Shown one piece after another: positions 8,625-18,287 of a stretch of 64,000 bases of DNA (position 1 is the stretch's first letter; each line of letters begins with the position of its first letter). Location of the stretch: contig JBARQV010000028.1 of assembly GCA_049643885.1 (NCBI GenBank), forward strand, positions 12,716 through 76,715. The letters are read 5' to 3'. Origin of the DNA: Candidatus Omnitrophota bacterium. Lineage in GTDB: Bacteria; Omnitrophota; Gorgyraeia; Tantalellales; Tantalellaceae. Under the pieces are notes generated by a model that saw only the letters and a list, made by a program, of their open reading frames with translations, was not told where the DNA came from and made no database searches. A program made the position numbers and the translations under genes.

Positions 8625-10095
8625 TATGGACGACATTTTGTCGAGCATTGACGGATACAAAGAATGGTTTACCGGCCGGCAAGTCTCAGTTGCGGATGCC
8701 GGTAAGCTTTTGGCCGGCAGGATCAGCGAGATCGACAGCCAGATCAAGGCCTTTGCGCATATCGAACCCGGGATCGTGGCAGAACGGGCGTCCATGCTGG
8801 ATACAAAGAAAAAAAGGGGCCGGTTATGGGGCGTGCCGATAGGTTTGAAAGATAACATATGCGTTAAAGGGGAACTTACGACTTGCTCATCCCGCATACT
8901 GGAGGGATTCCGCCCTCCATACAACGCCCATGTCACCGAGAGGCTTTTGGCAGAAGACGCGTTATTGATCGGCAAGACCAATATGGATGAATTCGCCTTC
9001 GGTTCGTCATGCGAAACTTCATGCTATTTCCCAACCGGGAATCCATGGGATAAGACCCGGGCCCCCGGGGGATCCAGCGGCGGATCGGCCGCGGCGGTGG
9101 CGGGCGGAGAAGTGGTTGCCGCGCTCGGGTCGGATACCGGAGGGTCTATCAGGCAGCCGGCTGCTTTATGCGGTGTTGTCGGGTTTAAACCGACATATGG
9201 CCGTGTTTCGCGTTACGGTCTTATTGCATTCGCCTCAAGCCTGGACCAGATAGGGCCTATTACCCGTAACGTTTCTGACTGCGCTGTGATCCTTGAGATC
9301 ATATCCGGCTACGATTGCCGGGATTCTACCTCTGTAGACATAGAAGTCCCGCGTTATACCGAGTGTCTTTCAAAAAGCGTGAAAGGAACGGTCATAGGGA
9401 TCCCTGGGGAATATTTCCAGTCTGGTATCGATGAAGGTGTCAGGATGAGAATCGAGGAGGCGATAAAGACCTTACAGGGTCTTGGAGCCAGGACAGTCGA
9501 TATCTCATTGCCGCACACGAAATACGCTGTCAGTTGTTATTACATAATCGCACCTGCGGAAGCCAGTTCGAATCTTGCGCGCTACGACGGGGTCCATTAC
9601 GGTTACAGGGAAAGGGGGGCGGATAATATCATCGATATGTATATCGCCACCAGGAACAAAGGTTTCGGGGCGGAGGTGAAAAGGAGGATCCTCTTGGGGA
9701 CATACGCTTTGAGCAAAGGTTATTATGAAGCGTATTACCTTAAAGCCCAAAAGGTAAGGACCAGGATAGCCGATGATTTCCGGGAAGCTTTCAAGACCTG
9801 CGACTGCATATTGACCCCCACCTCGCCGACGACGGCTTTCAAGATAGGAGAGCGTGTCGATGATCCTTTGAAGATGTATCTTTCTGACGTTTTTACGATC
9901 CCCGCGAATCTCGCGGGACTGCCGGCGGTCTCCATTCCCTGCGGCATGGATTCCGACGGCTTGCCGGTCGGCCTGCAGCTTATGGCCAGGCATTTTGGGG
10001 AGGAAGTGCTCATCCGGGCGGCTCACGCTTTTGAAAGCAACACGGATCATCATAAAAAGCTTCCAAGCTTTTTGAAAGCAGTAAGTAATGAGTGA
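8617..10095 (+). CDS. gatA: Glu-tRNA(Gln) amidotransferase subunit A
   Basis: Amidase signature [16 protein letters not shown]..., 492 aa. Confidence 0.9.
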   Translation: MLNMDDILSSIDGYKEWFTGRQVSVADAGKLLAGRISEIDSQIKAFAHIEPGIVAERASMLDTKKKRGRLWGVPIGLKDNICVKGELTTCSSRILEGFRPPYNAHVTERLLAEDALLIGKTNMDEFAFGSSCETSCYFPTGNPWDKTRAPGGSSGGSAAAVAGGEVVAALGSDTGGSIRQPAALCGVVGFKPTYGRVSRYGLIAFASSLDQIGPITRNVSDCAVILEIISGYDCRDSTSVDIEVPRYTECLSKSVKGTVIGIPGEYFQSGIDEGVRMRIEEAIKTLQGLGARTVDISLPHTKYAVSCYYIIAPAEASSNLARYDGVHYGYRERGADNIIDMYIATRNKGFGAEVKRRILLGTYALSKGYYEAYYLKAQKVRTRIADDFREAFKTCDCILTPTSPTTAFKIGERVDDPLKMYLSDVFTIPANLAGLPAVSIPCGMDSDGLPVGLQLMARHFGEEVLIRAAHAFESNTDHHKKLPSFLKAVSNE

Positions 10096-11527
10096 GAAAT
10101 ACGAGACGGTCATAGGGCTGGAGGTCCACGTCCAGCTTTCAACGAAGACAAAGGCGTTTTGCGGCTGTAGTACGGCTTTTGGAGCACCTCCGAACGCGCA
10201 AGTGTGTCCAGTGTGCCTGGGTATGCCAGGCGTGCTCCCGGTATTCAACGAAAAAGCTTTTGAGTATGCCATAAAAGTGGCTTTGGCGATTGACTGTGAT
10301 ATCCAGAAAACGGTCAAGTTTGACAGGAAGAACTATTATTATCCGGATCTCCCCAAAAATTACCAGATAAGCCAGTTCGATATGCCCCTGGCATACAGCG
10401 GAAAAGTGACAATAACCCTGGAGGACGGATCTGCCAAGGTTATCGAGATCACCAGGGCGCATCTTGAGGAAGACGCGGGTAAGCTTATGCATGATCCTGA
10501 ACGTCAGGTAAGTTACGTGGACCTGAACCGGACCGGCACCCCTCTTCTGGAGATAGTATCGGAACCCGACATCAGGTCCCCCCAGGAGGCGCACGCTTAT
10601 CTTACTGCTCTTAAGCGCACGATCAAATACCTGGACGTGTCTGACTGCAACATGGAAGAAGGGAGCCTGAGGTGCGATGCCAACATATCCATCCGCGAGA
10701 AAGGTTCCCCGGAGTTAGGCGTAAAGGTCGAGGTCAAGAACATGAATTCATTCAAGGCGGTAAAGGACGCGCTTACCTATGAACAGAATCGCCAGGTCGA
10801 ACTCTTGGACGATAAAGAAAAGATCGTCCAGGAAACAAGGCTCTGGGACGAGAACAAAGGCATCACGGTTTCGATGCGGACAAAAGAAGAAACCCAGGAT
10901 TACCGTTATTTTCCGGAACCGGACCTGGTCCCCTTCGAGGTTCCGGCCGAACTGGTGGGTAAGATCCGTGAAGAATTGCCTGAACTGCCGCGTGAAAAAA
11001 GCGTCCGCTTCAAGGACGAATACGGTTTGAGCGCGGAAGACACGGACGTTCTCACGGCGGAAAAGGATGTGGCCGAGTTTTACGAGAGAACGGTGGCGGA
11101 AATCGACGATCCCCAGGCCGTGTGCAACTGGGTCAAGGGGGAGATAATGATGCACAGGAAAGAAAGAAATACGGATATCCGGGGACTTAACGTCAAGCCC
11201 GGTGACCTGGCCAGGATCATCAGCATGGCCAGGGAAGGCGTTATCAGCGGTCTTTCGGCAAAGGAGGTCCTGAACGCTTATATCGACACGGGAAAAGATC
11301 CGGAAGAGATCGTCAGGGAAAAAGGCCTTGAACAGGTCTCGGATAAAGGCGCCATAGAGGAAATGGTGGATAAGGTGATTTCTGAAAACCAGAAGTCAGT
11401 TGATGATTATAAGAAAGGAAAATCCAACGCTTTAAGTTTTCTTGTCGGGCAGGTTATGAAAAACACCAAGGGAAAGGCTAACCCGAAAATGGCGGGCGAG
11501 ATGCTCAAGAAAAGGTTGGATAAGTAG
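10088..11527 (+). CDS. gatB: Asp/Glu-tRNA amidotransferase subunit B
   Basis: IGLEVHVQLSTKTKAFC, NRTGTPLLEIVSEPD, C-terminal GatB_Yqey domain. Confidence 0.9.
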   Translation: MSEKYETVIGLEVHVQLSTKTKAFCGCSTAFGAPPNAQVCPVCLGMPGVLPVFNEKAFEYAIKVALAIDCDIQKTVKFDRKNYYYPDLPKNYQISQFDMPLAYSGKVTITLEDGSAKVIEITRAHLEEDAGKLMHDPERQVSYVDLNRTGTPLLEIVSEPDIRSPQEAHAYLTALKRTIKYLDVSDCNMEEGSLRCDANISIREKGSPELGVKVEVKNMNSFKAVKDALTYEQNRQVELLDDKEKIVQETRLWDENKGITVSMRTKEETQDYRYFPEPDLVPFEVPAELVGKIREELPELPREKSVRFKDEYGLSAEDTDVLTAEKDVAEFYERTVAEIDDPQAVCNWVKGEIMMHRKERNTDIRGLNVKPGDLARIISMAREGVISGLSAKEVLNAYIDTGKDPEEIVREKGLEQVSDKGAIEEMVDKVISENQKSVDDYKKGKSNALSFLVGQVMKNTKGKANPKMAGEMLKKRLDK

Positions 11528-11537
11528 AGGAGTATCC

Positions 11538-12860
11538 ATGAAGAAGATAATCTTTACCTTACTGGTGATGTTTCTGGTCATCGGTTCTATTTTTGCGGTC
11601 CAGGCCAAAGAAGAGACTATCATTGACGACAGCAAGGAGCTTTTCAGGCAGATCCAGATCTTCGCGGATTCCATAACACTTATAAGCACCGATTACATAA
11701 AGCCGGTGAAGATCAAGGACCTTGTTTACGGAGCGATCAAGGGGATGATGGAAACCCTCGACGGTTATAGCCAGTTCATGGATCCCGATAGTTTCAGGGA
11801 GATCACCGAAGAGACTAAGGGAGAATTCGGGGGGCTGGGCATAGAGATAGGGATCAGGGACAGTGTCCTTACGATAATCGCCCCTATGGAAGACACCCCG
11901 GCCTATGAGGCCGGTTTGCAGTCCGGCGATAAGATCATCAAGATCGATGGAGAGATAACCCAGGGCATGACTCTGGATGACGCTGTGAAAAAACTTAGGG
12001 GCAAACCGGGAGCCAAAGTAGATATCTCCGTTATCCGTGAAGGTGTTGACAAACTATTGGATTTCACCATAACCCGGGCCATCATCAAGATCAAAAGTAT
12101 CAAGGAAATAGACATTATCGAGGACGATGTAGGGTATGTAAAGCTGGTCGAGTTCCAGGAACGGACAGCGGATGACCTGAAAAAAACCGTAGAAAAATTC
12201 AAAAAAGACGGAGTCAGGAGCATTATCATCGATCTGCGGAATAATCCGGGTGGACTCCTTGATTCCGCGGTCTATACCGCTGATCTTTTCCTGAAGCCCG
12301 GGGACATGATCGTTTATACCGAGGGCAGGGATCCTGAGAAGCGGCTAGAGTTCAAGGCCGACAAAAAGACCGTATTCGCGGACCTGAATCTGGTGATCCT
12401 GGTGAACAAGGGGACCGCGAGCGCTGCCGAGATACTTGCCGGTGCTATCAAGGATAACAAGAGGGGCCTTATCGTCGGCGTTCCCACTTTCGGGAAAGGA
12501 TCGGTCCAAACCGTCATACCCCTTAAAGATGATTCGGCGCTGCGCCTGACGACAGCGGCTTACTATACCCCTTCCGGCAAGAATATCAACGAAAAGGGGA
12601 TCGAACCCGATGTCCACGTTGAAAAGAAAAAACTGGTGGATAAAAAGAAGGAAGAAGAAAAAGAAGAACTTTTCGAAAAACTCGAGAAAGAAGGGAAGAT
12701 CCAGAAACCCGAGAAAGAAGAGGAAGCCCCAAAAGAATACGACAACCAGGTGATGACGGCTGTCAGCATCCTTAAGGGACTGCAGATATACGAGGGGTAC
12801 AAGGCGGTTCCGGCGATCCAGGAAAAAGCAGGGGAAAAATTAGAAGAAAAAACGGAATGA
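11538..12860 (+). CDS. ctpA: carboxyl-terminal processing protease (S41 family) with PDZ domain
   Basis: Signal peptide; PDZ GLQSGDKIIKIDG; S41 core IIIDLRNNPGG...TASAAEILAGA; K/E-rich tail. Confidence 0.85.
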   Translation: MKKIIFTLLVMFLVIGSIFAVQAKEETIIDDSKELFRQIQIFADSITLISTDYIKPVKIKDLVYGAIKGMMETLDGYSQFMDPDSFREITEETKGEFGGLGIEIGIRDSVLTIIAPMEDTPAYEAGLQSGDKIIKIDGEITQGMTLDDAVKKLRGKPGAKVDISVIREGVDKLLDFTITRAIIKIKSIKEIDIIEDDVGYVKLVEFQERTADDLKKTVEKFKKDGVRSIIIDLRNNPGGLLDSAVYTADLFLKPGDMIVYTEGRDPEKRLEFKADKKTVFADLNLVILVNKGTASAAEILAGAIKDNKRGLIVGVPTFGKGSVQTVIPLKDDSALRLTTAAYYTPSGKNINEKGIEPDVHVEKKKLVDKKKEEEKEELFEKLEKEGKIQKPEKEEEAPKEYDNQVMTAVSILKGLQIYEGYKAVPAIQEKAGEKLEEKTE

Positions 12861-13987
12861 TGAGCAGGAAGATAATAGCAATAATCGCGATAGCACTTGT
12901 AGTCCTGGCGATGGTCAGGTTACGTACCAGGGATATAAGCGAGCAGATCTCCAGCGCTGAGAACGCGGTCCTGGCCGTCCTGCAGGCTCACGGGATGACG
13001 GATAATGACGTTCTTTTTCGCGAACAGAGCAGCTGGAAGCGGTCGGGCATCCGCGGGAAATCGATCAATTACGTGGTGAATCTCAGAGCATGGGCCAGTT
13101 CAAATGAACTTGCGGAGGAGATAAAAAAGAAGCTCCGGGATACCAATGGCGTCAACCTTTCAAAAGTCTATTTCCGCCGGGACAAGGATAAAAAAGGCAC
13201 GGCATATTTTGAGATCGCCTTTAAGGGAAATATCATATTGCTATTTACCGTCGAGAACGTTTCAGCCGGGTGGGTAAAAAGCGAGAGCGAAGAGACCCTC
13301 ACGCCTAAATTGGCTTTGGTGCTGGATGACTTCGGATACACAGGGAAAAACCTCGACGATCTAAAAGAGCTCGGAGTCCCTTTGACCATAGCCGTTCTTC
13401 CCAATGCCCCGTTTTCGAAGAAAGTCAGTTTTTTTGCCGAAGATAACGGGGTCGAAGTGATACTTCACCTGCCCTTGGAACCTGACAGGAAAAATGTACA
13501 GCTGGAAGAAGGCACTATCATGGTAGGCATGGAAGAAGGCGCGATAAAAAATACCATGAGCCGGTCTTTGAAGACCGTTCCTACGGCCAGCGGTGTTTCA
13601 AATCACCAGGGTTCAAAGGCTACAGGGGATAAAGAGACCATGGAAATAGTCCTTGGCGAAGTGAAGAAAAATGGCCTTTATTATCTGGATAGCATGACAA
13701 CAAGTGGATCTGTATGCGAGAAGATAGCCGGGGAGAAAGGGCTGACCTTCGCAAAGCGTGATGTGTTCCTCGATATGGATCTGGACGAAGGTCATATAAA
13801 GAGGCAGTTGGAGAAAGCGGAAAACGTCGCCCGGGCGAAAGGTTATGCCGTGGCTATCGGGCATGAGAGGGAAGCCACGTTGAAGGTCTTAAAGGAAATG
13901 ATCCCCGAGATGAAGGATAGAGGGATACAGTTCGTCGGATTGTCGGAGATCATAGAACTGGAAAGCGCGGGGCAAGGAAGCAAATGA
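12857..13987 (+). CDS. divergent polysaccharide deacetylase family protein (YibQ-like)
   Basis: N-terminal TM; LALVLDDFGY...TIAVLPNAPF...EVILHLPLEP as in the YibQ/DUF610 family. Confidence 0.65.
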   Translation: MMSRKIIAIIAIALVVLAMVRLRTRDISEQISSAENAVLAVLQAHGMTDNDVLFREQSSWKRSGIRGKSINYVVNLRAWASSNELAEEIKKKLRDTNGVNLSKVYFRRDKDKKGTAYFEIAFKGNIILLFTVENVSAGWVKSESEETLTPKLALVLDDFGYTGKNLDDLKELGVPLTIAVLPNAPFSKKVSFFAEDNGVEVILHLPLEPDRKNVQLEEGTIMVGMEEGAIKNTMSRSLKTVPTASGVSNHQGSKATGDKETMEIVLGEVKKNGLYYLDSMTTSGSVCEKIAGEKGLTFAKRDVFLDMDLDEGHIKRQLEKAENVARAKGYAVAIGHEREATLKVLKEMIPEMKDRGIQFVGLSEIIELESAGQGSK

Positions 13988-14991
13988 TCACCTTGGGCAT
14001 TGAGACTTCATGTGATGAAACGGCGGCGGCCCTGGTCGAAGACAGCAGGGTGCTTTCAAGCGAAGTGTCGTCAAGCGTCCATCTTCATTCGCAATACGGG
14101 GGCGTGGTGCCCGAGATCGCGTCACGGGCGCATGTTGAATATATTTTTCCTGTTCTGATGAAAGCCTTGAAGGATTCTGGCCGGAAGATCGACGATATAG
14201 ACCTGGTGGCTGTGACCAATGGACCGGGGCTTCCCGGTTCCCTCCTGGTAGGCATAGCGTTCGCGAAAGCCATCAGTTTTTCGAGGGATATCCCCTTGCT
14301 CGGCGTGAACCATCTCCCGGCGCACATTTTTTCATGTTTCCTGGATGAAGAAAGAAGCTCTATAGAAGATAAATTTCCTTTTGTCGGCATGGTGATATCG
14401 GGAGGCCATACCAGTATATATTATTGCCGGGGTTTGAAAGATTTTGAACTTATCGGCAGGACCAAAGATGACGCGGTCGGAGAAGCCTTCGACAAAGTAG
14501 CCAAGGTCCTGGGCCTGGGTTATCCCGGTGGGCCGGTAGTGGAACAAAGAGCCCGGAATTTTTCCGGTAACGGGGCAATTGATTTTCCTAGAGCGCTTTT
14601 GCAGGATGAGGCCGATCTTGATTTCAGTTTCAGCGGGATCAAGACCGCGGTTTTATACTACTGGCAGTCCTGTGAACATACCGAAGCAGAAAAGGACCGG
14701 ATCTGCTGGTCTTTCCAGCAGGCTATCCTGGATGTGATAGAGAAAAAGATATTAAGGGCGATACAAACGACCGGTGCGAAGAGGTTGGCCGTGGGCGGGG
14801 GAGTTATAAATAATGCAGCCCTTCGATGCCGGATCTCTGAGCGATGCAGTGAGGAAGGAATAGAACTTTATTTGCCGCGCGGGGAATATACCACGGACAA
14901 TGCGGCAATGATAGCCGCCCTGGGCGAAGCCCTTTACATGAGCGGGGAGAGGTCGGATCTTCTTTTGAACGCCGAACCGGGGATCCATTAG
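13984..14991 (+). CDS. tsaD: tRNA N6-adenosine threonylcarbamoyltransferase TsaD
   Basis: LGIETSCDETAAALV, HLxxH-like motif, Kae1/TsaD fold length. Confidence 0.9.
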   Translation: MITLGIETSCDETAAALVEDSRVLSSEVSSSVHLHSQYGGVVPEIASRAHVEYIFPVLMKALKDSGRKIDDIDLVAVTNGPGLPGSLLVGIAFAKAISFSRDIPLLGVNHLPAHIFSCFLDEERSSIEDKFPFVGMVISGGHTSIYYCRGLKDFELIGRTKDDAVGEAFDKVAKVLGLGYPGGPVVEQRARNFSGNGAIDFPRALLQDEADLDFSFSGIKTAVLYYWQSCEHTEAEKDRICWSFQQAILDVIEKKILRAIQTTGAKRLAVGGGVINNAALRCRISERCSEEGIELYLPRGEYTTDNAAMIAALGEALYMSGERSDLLLNAEPGIH

Positions 14992-15005
14992 AAAGGGAGA
15001 TTGAA

Positions 15006-15668
15006 ATGACAATGACGGTTATGCTAGTAAGGTTGTTTTTAGCGGCTCTTTTTGGAGCTTTTGTAGGTCTTGAACGCGAGATACATGGCCGCGCAGCGGG
15101 CCTAAGGACGCATATCCTGGTCGCTCTCGGGTCAGCCTTATTCATGATCACCTCACTTCTTGTAGGTGCCAGCTACGGGCATCTCGGCGACGTAGACCCT
15201 TCGCGTATAGCCGCAGGTGTAGTGACGGGTATTGGTTTTCTCGGTGCCGGTGCCATAATCAGATTTGGAGCTTCTATACGGGGCCTTACAACGGCCGCAA
15301 GTATATGGGCCGTAGCGGCGATCGGGTTGGCCGTGGGAACGGGGCTGTATGTAGCGGCAGGGTTTACAACGTTTTTGGTCGTGGCAGTTCTTTTCCTGTC
15401 GCGCCTTGAGGAAAGAATGGAGCTGAAACGTACCGGCAACAAGCTGGTGGTACTTGTCGAATCTTCCAGGAAGGATATGATAAACGATATTCAGAATATA
15501 GTGGAAGCATACAAGGGCAGGGTAAAAAGGGTTTCATCAGAAGAAACCGAGGCCGGGGAGATGGCCGAGGTCGTTTTTGATATTATTTTGGCCCGGGTTT
15601 ATGAAAAAGAGATCGTTGAGGATATATCCTCTCTCCCGGGTGTGGAAAAAGTCAGCTGGAAAAAATGA
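15006..15668 (+). CDS. mgtC: MgtC/SapB family membrane protein
   Basis: LFLAALFGAFVGLEREIHGRAAGLRTHILVALGSALF MgtC membrane domain plus a C-terminal soluble domain. Confidence 0.75.
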   Translation: MTMTVMLVRLFLAALFGAFVGLEREIHGRAAGLRTHILVALGSALFMITSLLVGASYGHLGDVDPSRIAAGVVTGIGFLGAGAIIRFGASIRGLTTAASIWAVAAIGLAVGTGLYVAAGFTTFLVVAVLFLSRLEERMELKRTGNKLVVLVESSRKDMINDIQNIVEAYKGRVKRVSSEETEAGEMAEVVFDIILARVYEKEIVEDISSLPGVEKVSWKK

Positions 15669-15679
15669 GGAGGTAGAAG

Positions 15680-16225
15680 ATGAGAAAGAGAAATGAAGAA
15701 AAGCAGCGCATCGAGGAAAAGGTCCTGGACGTGAATGCTGCAATGCAGGGAACTCTCCGTTTCGAGGATCCGGTCAATCTGAGGATCAACGGAAGGTTCG
15801 AGGGAACACTTGATACCAAAGGCATGTTGATGGTCGGCCAGCAGGCTGATATCAAGGCCAACATAACAGGTGAAAGTGTCTCTGTTGCGGGGAACGTCAA
15901 CGGGAACATTACCGCTACGAAGCTTCTCAAACTGGACTCGACGGCTTGCATTAACGGGGATATTGCAGTCCCGCGGCTTTCGATCCAGGAAGGCGCGGTA
16001 TTGAACGGACGGGTCAAGATGAAACAGTCCGCTTCAGGCGAGCAAACCCCGAGGGGCAGCTGGATGACCTTGAATCAGGTCGCTGAATACCTGGAAGTTG
16101 ACGCGAACAAGGTCCACGAATGGGCCAATAGCGGAGTCCTTCCCGGAACGAGAGAAAGCGGGGAATGGATATTCGAAAAAGAAAAGATCGAGCAGTGGAT
16201 ATCACAAGGGAAGGTAAGAGCGTAA
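15680..16225 (+). CDS. bactofilin fused to a C-terminal excisionase-family (HTH_17) DNA-binding domain
   Basis: Residues ~20-115 are a bactofilin beta-helix (repeated G-x-[IV]-x-G/N blocks, ...LNGRVKM). The C-terminus MTLNQVAEYLEVDANKVHEWANSGVLPGTRESGEWIFEKEKIEQWI matches HTH_17. Confidence 0.7.
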   Translation: MRKRNEEKQRIEEKVLDVNAAMQGTLRFEDPVNLRINGRFEGTLDTKGMLMVGQQADIKANITGESVSVAGNVNGNITATKLLKLDSTACINGDIAVPRLSIQEGAVLNGRVKMKQSASGEQTPRGSWMTLNQVAEYLEVDANKVHEWANSGVLPGTRESGEWIFEKEKIEQWISQGKVRA

Positions 16226-16226
16226 T

Positions 16227-16589
16227 ATGCCGGAAAAACTTTTAACCTTGAAAGAACTGTCCGATTATCTGGAGATAAAGGAAGACGTGGTCTCCTCTCT
16301 GGTAGAAGACGGTGTGATATCAGCCTACAAGATCGGCGGGGAACTATTGAGGTTCAGGCGGGAGCAGATCGACGCCATCAGATCGGAGATCGAATCCCGG
16401 GTGACCGGCGCCGACCGGATAGGTCCGGGGGAGGCCGGGAAAGTGGCAAAGCCGGAACCTGTCCTGGCTGCTGAGCAGGACCATTCTGCGGCAGGCGACA
16501 GGGTCGCTGATTTTTTCTACTTCAATGATTTCTATATCATATCAGCGATCCTGATCATTGCGTTACTGATGATCATTTTCAAGGGATAG
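16227..16589 (+). CDS. tail-anchored membrane protein with N-terminal excisionase-family HTH
   Basis: LLTLKELSDYLEIKEDVVSSLVEDGVISAYKIGGELLRFRREQIDAI is HTH_17-like; the C-terminal FYFNDFYIISAILIIALLMIIFKG is a single TM helix. Confidence 0.6.
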   Translation: MPEKLLTLKELSDYLEIKEDVVSSLVEDGVISAYKIGGELLRFRREQIDAIRSEIESRVTGADRIGPGEAGKVAKPEPVLAAEQDHSAAGDRVADFFYFNDFYIISAILIIALLMIIFKG

Positions 16590-16614
16590 CTTATATTAGC
16601 GTATAGGTAATAGT

Positions 16615-17571
16615 ATGTGTAAAGCATATAAGCTTTTCTTGCTAATGTCCGCCGGGTTCATCCTTCTAGCGCAGAACGTATTCGCGGATACCGTCATCTT
16701 GAGGGATGGTGAGCGGATAAAAGGTCTTATCCTTGATGAGTTCAAGGATCGGGTCGTTGTATCCACGGTGGAGGGTGAAAAGAGCATCATGAAGTCCGAT
16801 ATCCGCTCGGCCATTTACGATGATGAAGCCAAAGCCCTTCTTCGCAAGGGCCGGAACCAGGCGAAACAAATGAAATACGTGGAAGCCTACCAGACCCTTA
16901 CTAAAGCCGTCCAGCTGGATCCTGATCTGAATGAAGCGCGCGACCAGCTGAACTTTCTTCAGGGGTACCTTGAAAACATGATGAGGAATGATATAGCCGG
17001 GAGCATAAAAGATAGAAGAGAAAAGTTCCAGGGCGTCGAAGGCGAAACTTTGGATGACAGGTTGACGGATCAGCTCGGGATAACCCTTGTTTCGAACGGT
17101 AAGTACGTTTTTGTGGATAAGGTGGTAGATGAGTCTACGGCAGGAGCGTTAAGGCCCGGGGACAGGATCGTCTCTGTCTGGGGGGAGCTTACCGCTTACA
17201 TGGATGAGGAACAAGTGGCCGGAGTACTTCTTGAATCTAAAGAATGTAAGCTGGTCACAGAACGAACATTGACACCCCGCTTTTCCATGAGCAGCTCCAT
17301 TATGGGCAATATTTTCACCAACGGATATATGGGCATCATAGGTGCGAGGTTAAAACTCCTGAAGAAGGGGGTAATCGTAGAAAGCGTCACCCCCGGCGGG
17401 TCTTTTGAGATGTCCGGCATCAGGGAAGGGGATGTCCTTCACCGGATAAGGCAAAAGAATACCAGATATATGCCCATGAGAGATATTATCGCGTTCATAA
17501 AGGATAATCAAAACCGGGAAGTGGAGATAGTTATCCAAAGGGACGTCACTCTCTGGAAAAAAGAAAGGTAA
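16615..17571 (+). CDS. secreted PDZ-domain protein with TPR-like region
   Basis: Signal peptide MCKAYKLFLLMSAGFILLAQNVFA; PDZ-like GALRPGDRIVSV and GIREGDVLHRI. Confidence 0.5.
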   Translation: MCKAYKLFLLMSAGFILLAQNVFADTVILRDGERIKGLILDEFKDRVVVSTVEGEKSIMKSDIRSAIYDDEAKALLRKGRNQAKQMKYVEAYQTLTKAVQLDPDLNEARDQLNFLQGYLENMMRNDIAGSIKDRREKFQGVEGETLDDRLTDQLGITLVSNGKYVFVDKVVDESTAGALRPGDRIVSVWGELTAYMDEEQVAGVLLESKECKLVTERTLTPRFSMSSSIMGNIFTNGYMGIIGARLKLLKKGVIVESVTPGGSFEMSGIREGDVLHRIRQKNTRYMPMRDIIAFIKDNQNREVEIVIQRDVTLWKKER

Positions 17572-17574
17572 GAC

Positions 17575-18135
17575 ATGAAAAGGTGGAGACGGGTCAGGTT
17601 CCTTATAGCGAAAAGATTTCAGATCCGGTATATCGCCTTGATCCTTGTTTTTATGTTCGCCGCGGTCGTTTTGACGGGGTACACGGTGTATGTGACCACT
17701 TGGGTCATTTTCGGTGAAAAACTGGCAGCTGTTTATCCCCAGGGATTGCTTTTCGATATTGTAAAAAAAGTCAACGCGGTCCTTCTTCTCAGGCTGGCGG
17801 TCCTGACACCCTTGGTCATTTTCATCGGGCTCGTCCTTTCCAATAGGATCGCGGGTCCGATCTACCACATCAAGAAATATCTGCAAAAGGTATCCGCGGG
17901 AAATTATGAAGGCGACCTGAGACTGCGTAAGAACGACGAACTTCAGGACATGGCAGCCGAGATCAACGGCCTGGTAACGCAACTAAGGTCGGAACGCGAC
18001 CGGCGCATAGAAAAGATCGAGGCTTTGGCTAAAAAAACGGTCGATCTTGAAGAAACTATTAAGGAAGGGAAGGAGAAAGGCGCATTGACCCAGATCAAGG
18101 CTATCAGGGATGGACTCGGGGTGTTGAAATCGTGA
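17575..18135 (+). CDS. membrane protein with two TM helices and a HAMP-like linker, no output domain
   Basis: TM1 IALILVFMFAAVVLTGYTVYV, TM2 LAVLTPLVIFIGLVL, then an amphipathic HAMP-like segment and coiled coil. Confidence 0.45.
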   Translation: MKRWRRVRFLIAKRFQIRYIALILVFMFAAVVLTGYTVYVTTWVIFGEKLAAVYPQGLLFDIVKKVNAVLLLRLAVLTPLVIFIGLVLSNRIAGPIYHIKKYLQKVSAGNYEGDLRLRKNDELQDMAAEINGLVTQLRSERDRRIEKIEALAKKTVDLEETIKEGKEKGALTQIKAIRDGLGVLKS

Positions 18136-18158
18136 TTGCCGGAACGCCAAATTTTTTA

Positions 18159-18186
18159 TTGACAAGTCCATAATATATAATATAAT
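18159..18186 (+). promoter_or_regulatory. near-consensus sigma70 promoter (TTGACA-N16-TATAAT) upstream of polA
   Basis: TTGACA at 18159-18164, 16 nt AT-rich spacer, TATAAT at 18181-18186, in a 150 bp AT-rich intergenic region. Confidence 0.55.
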
Positions 18187-18287
18187 GTATTAAATTAACT
18201 AAACCGAAAACTCGCCATAACATATTATCCTTACTGATTTTAATGAGATATTCCCGACCTTAAACCATTTCAAATCAACATGCTAGA

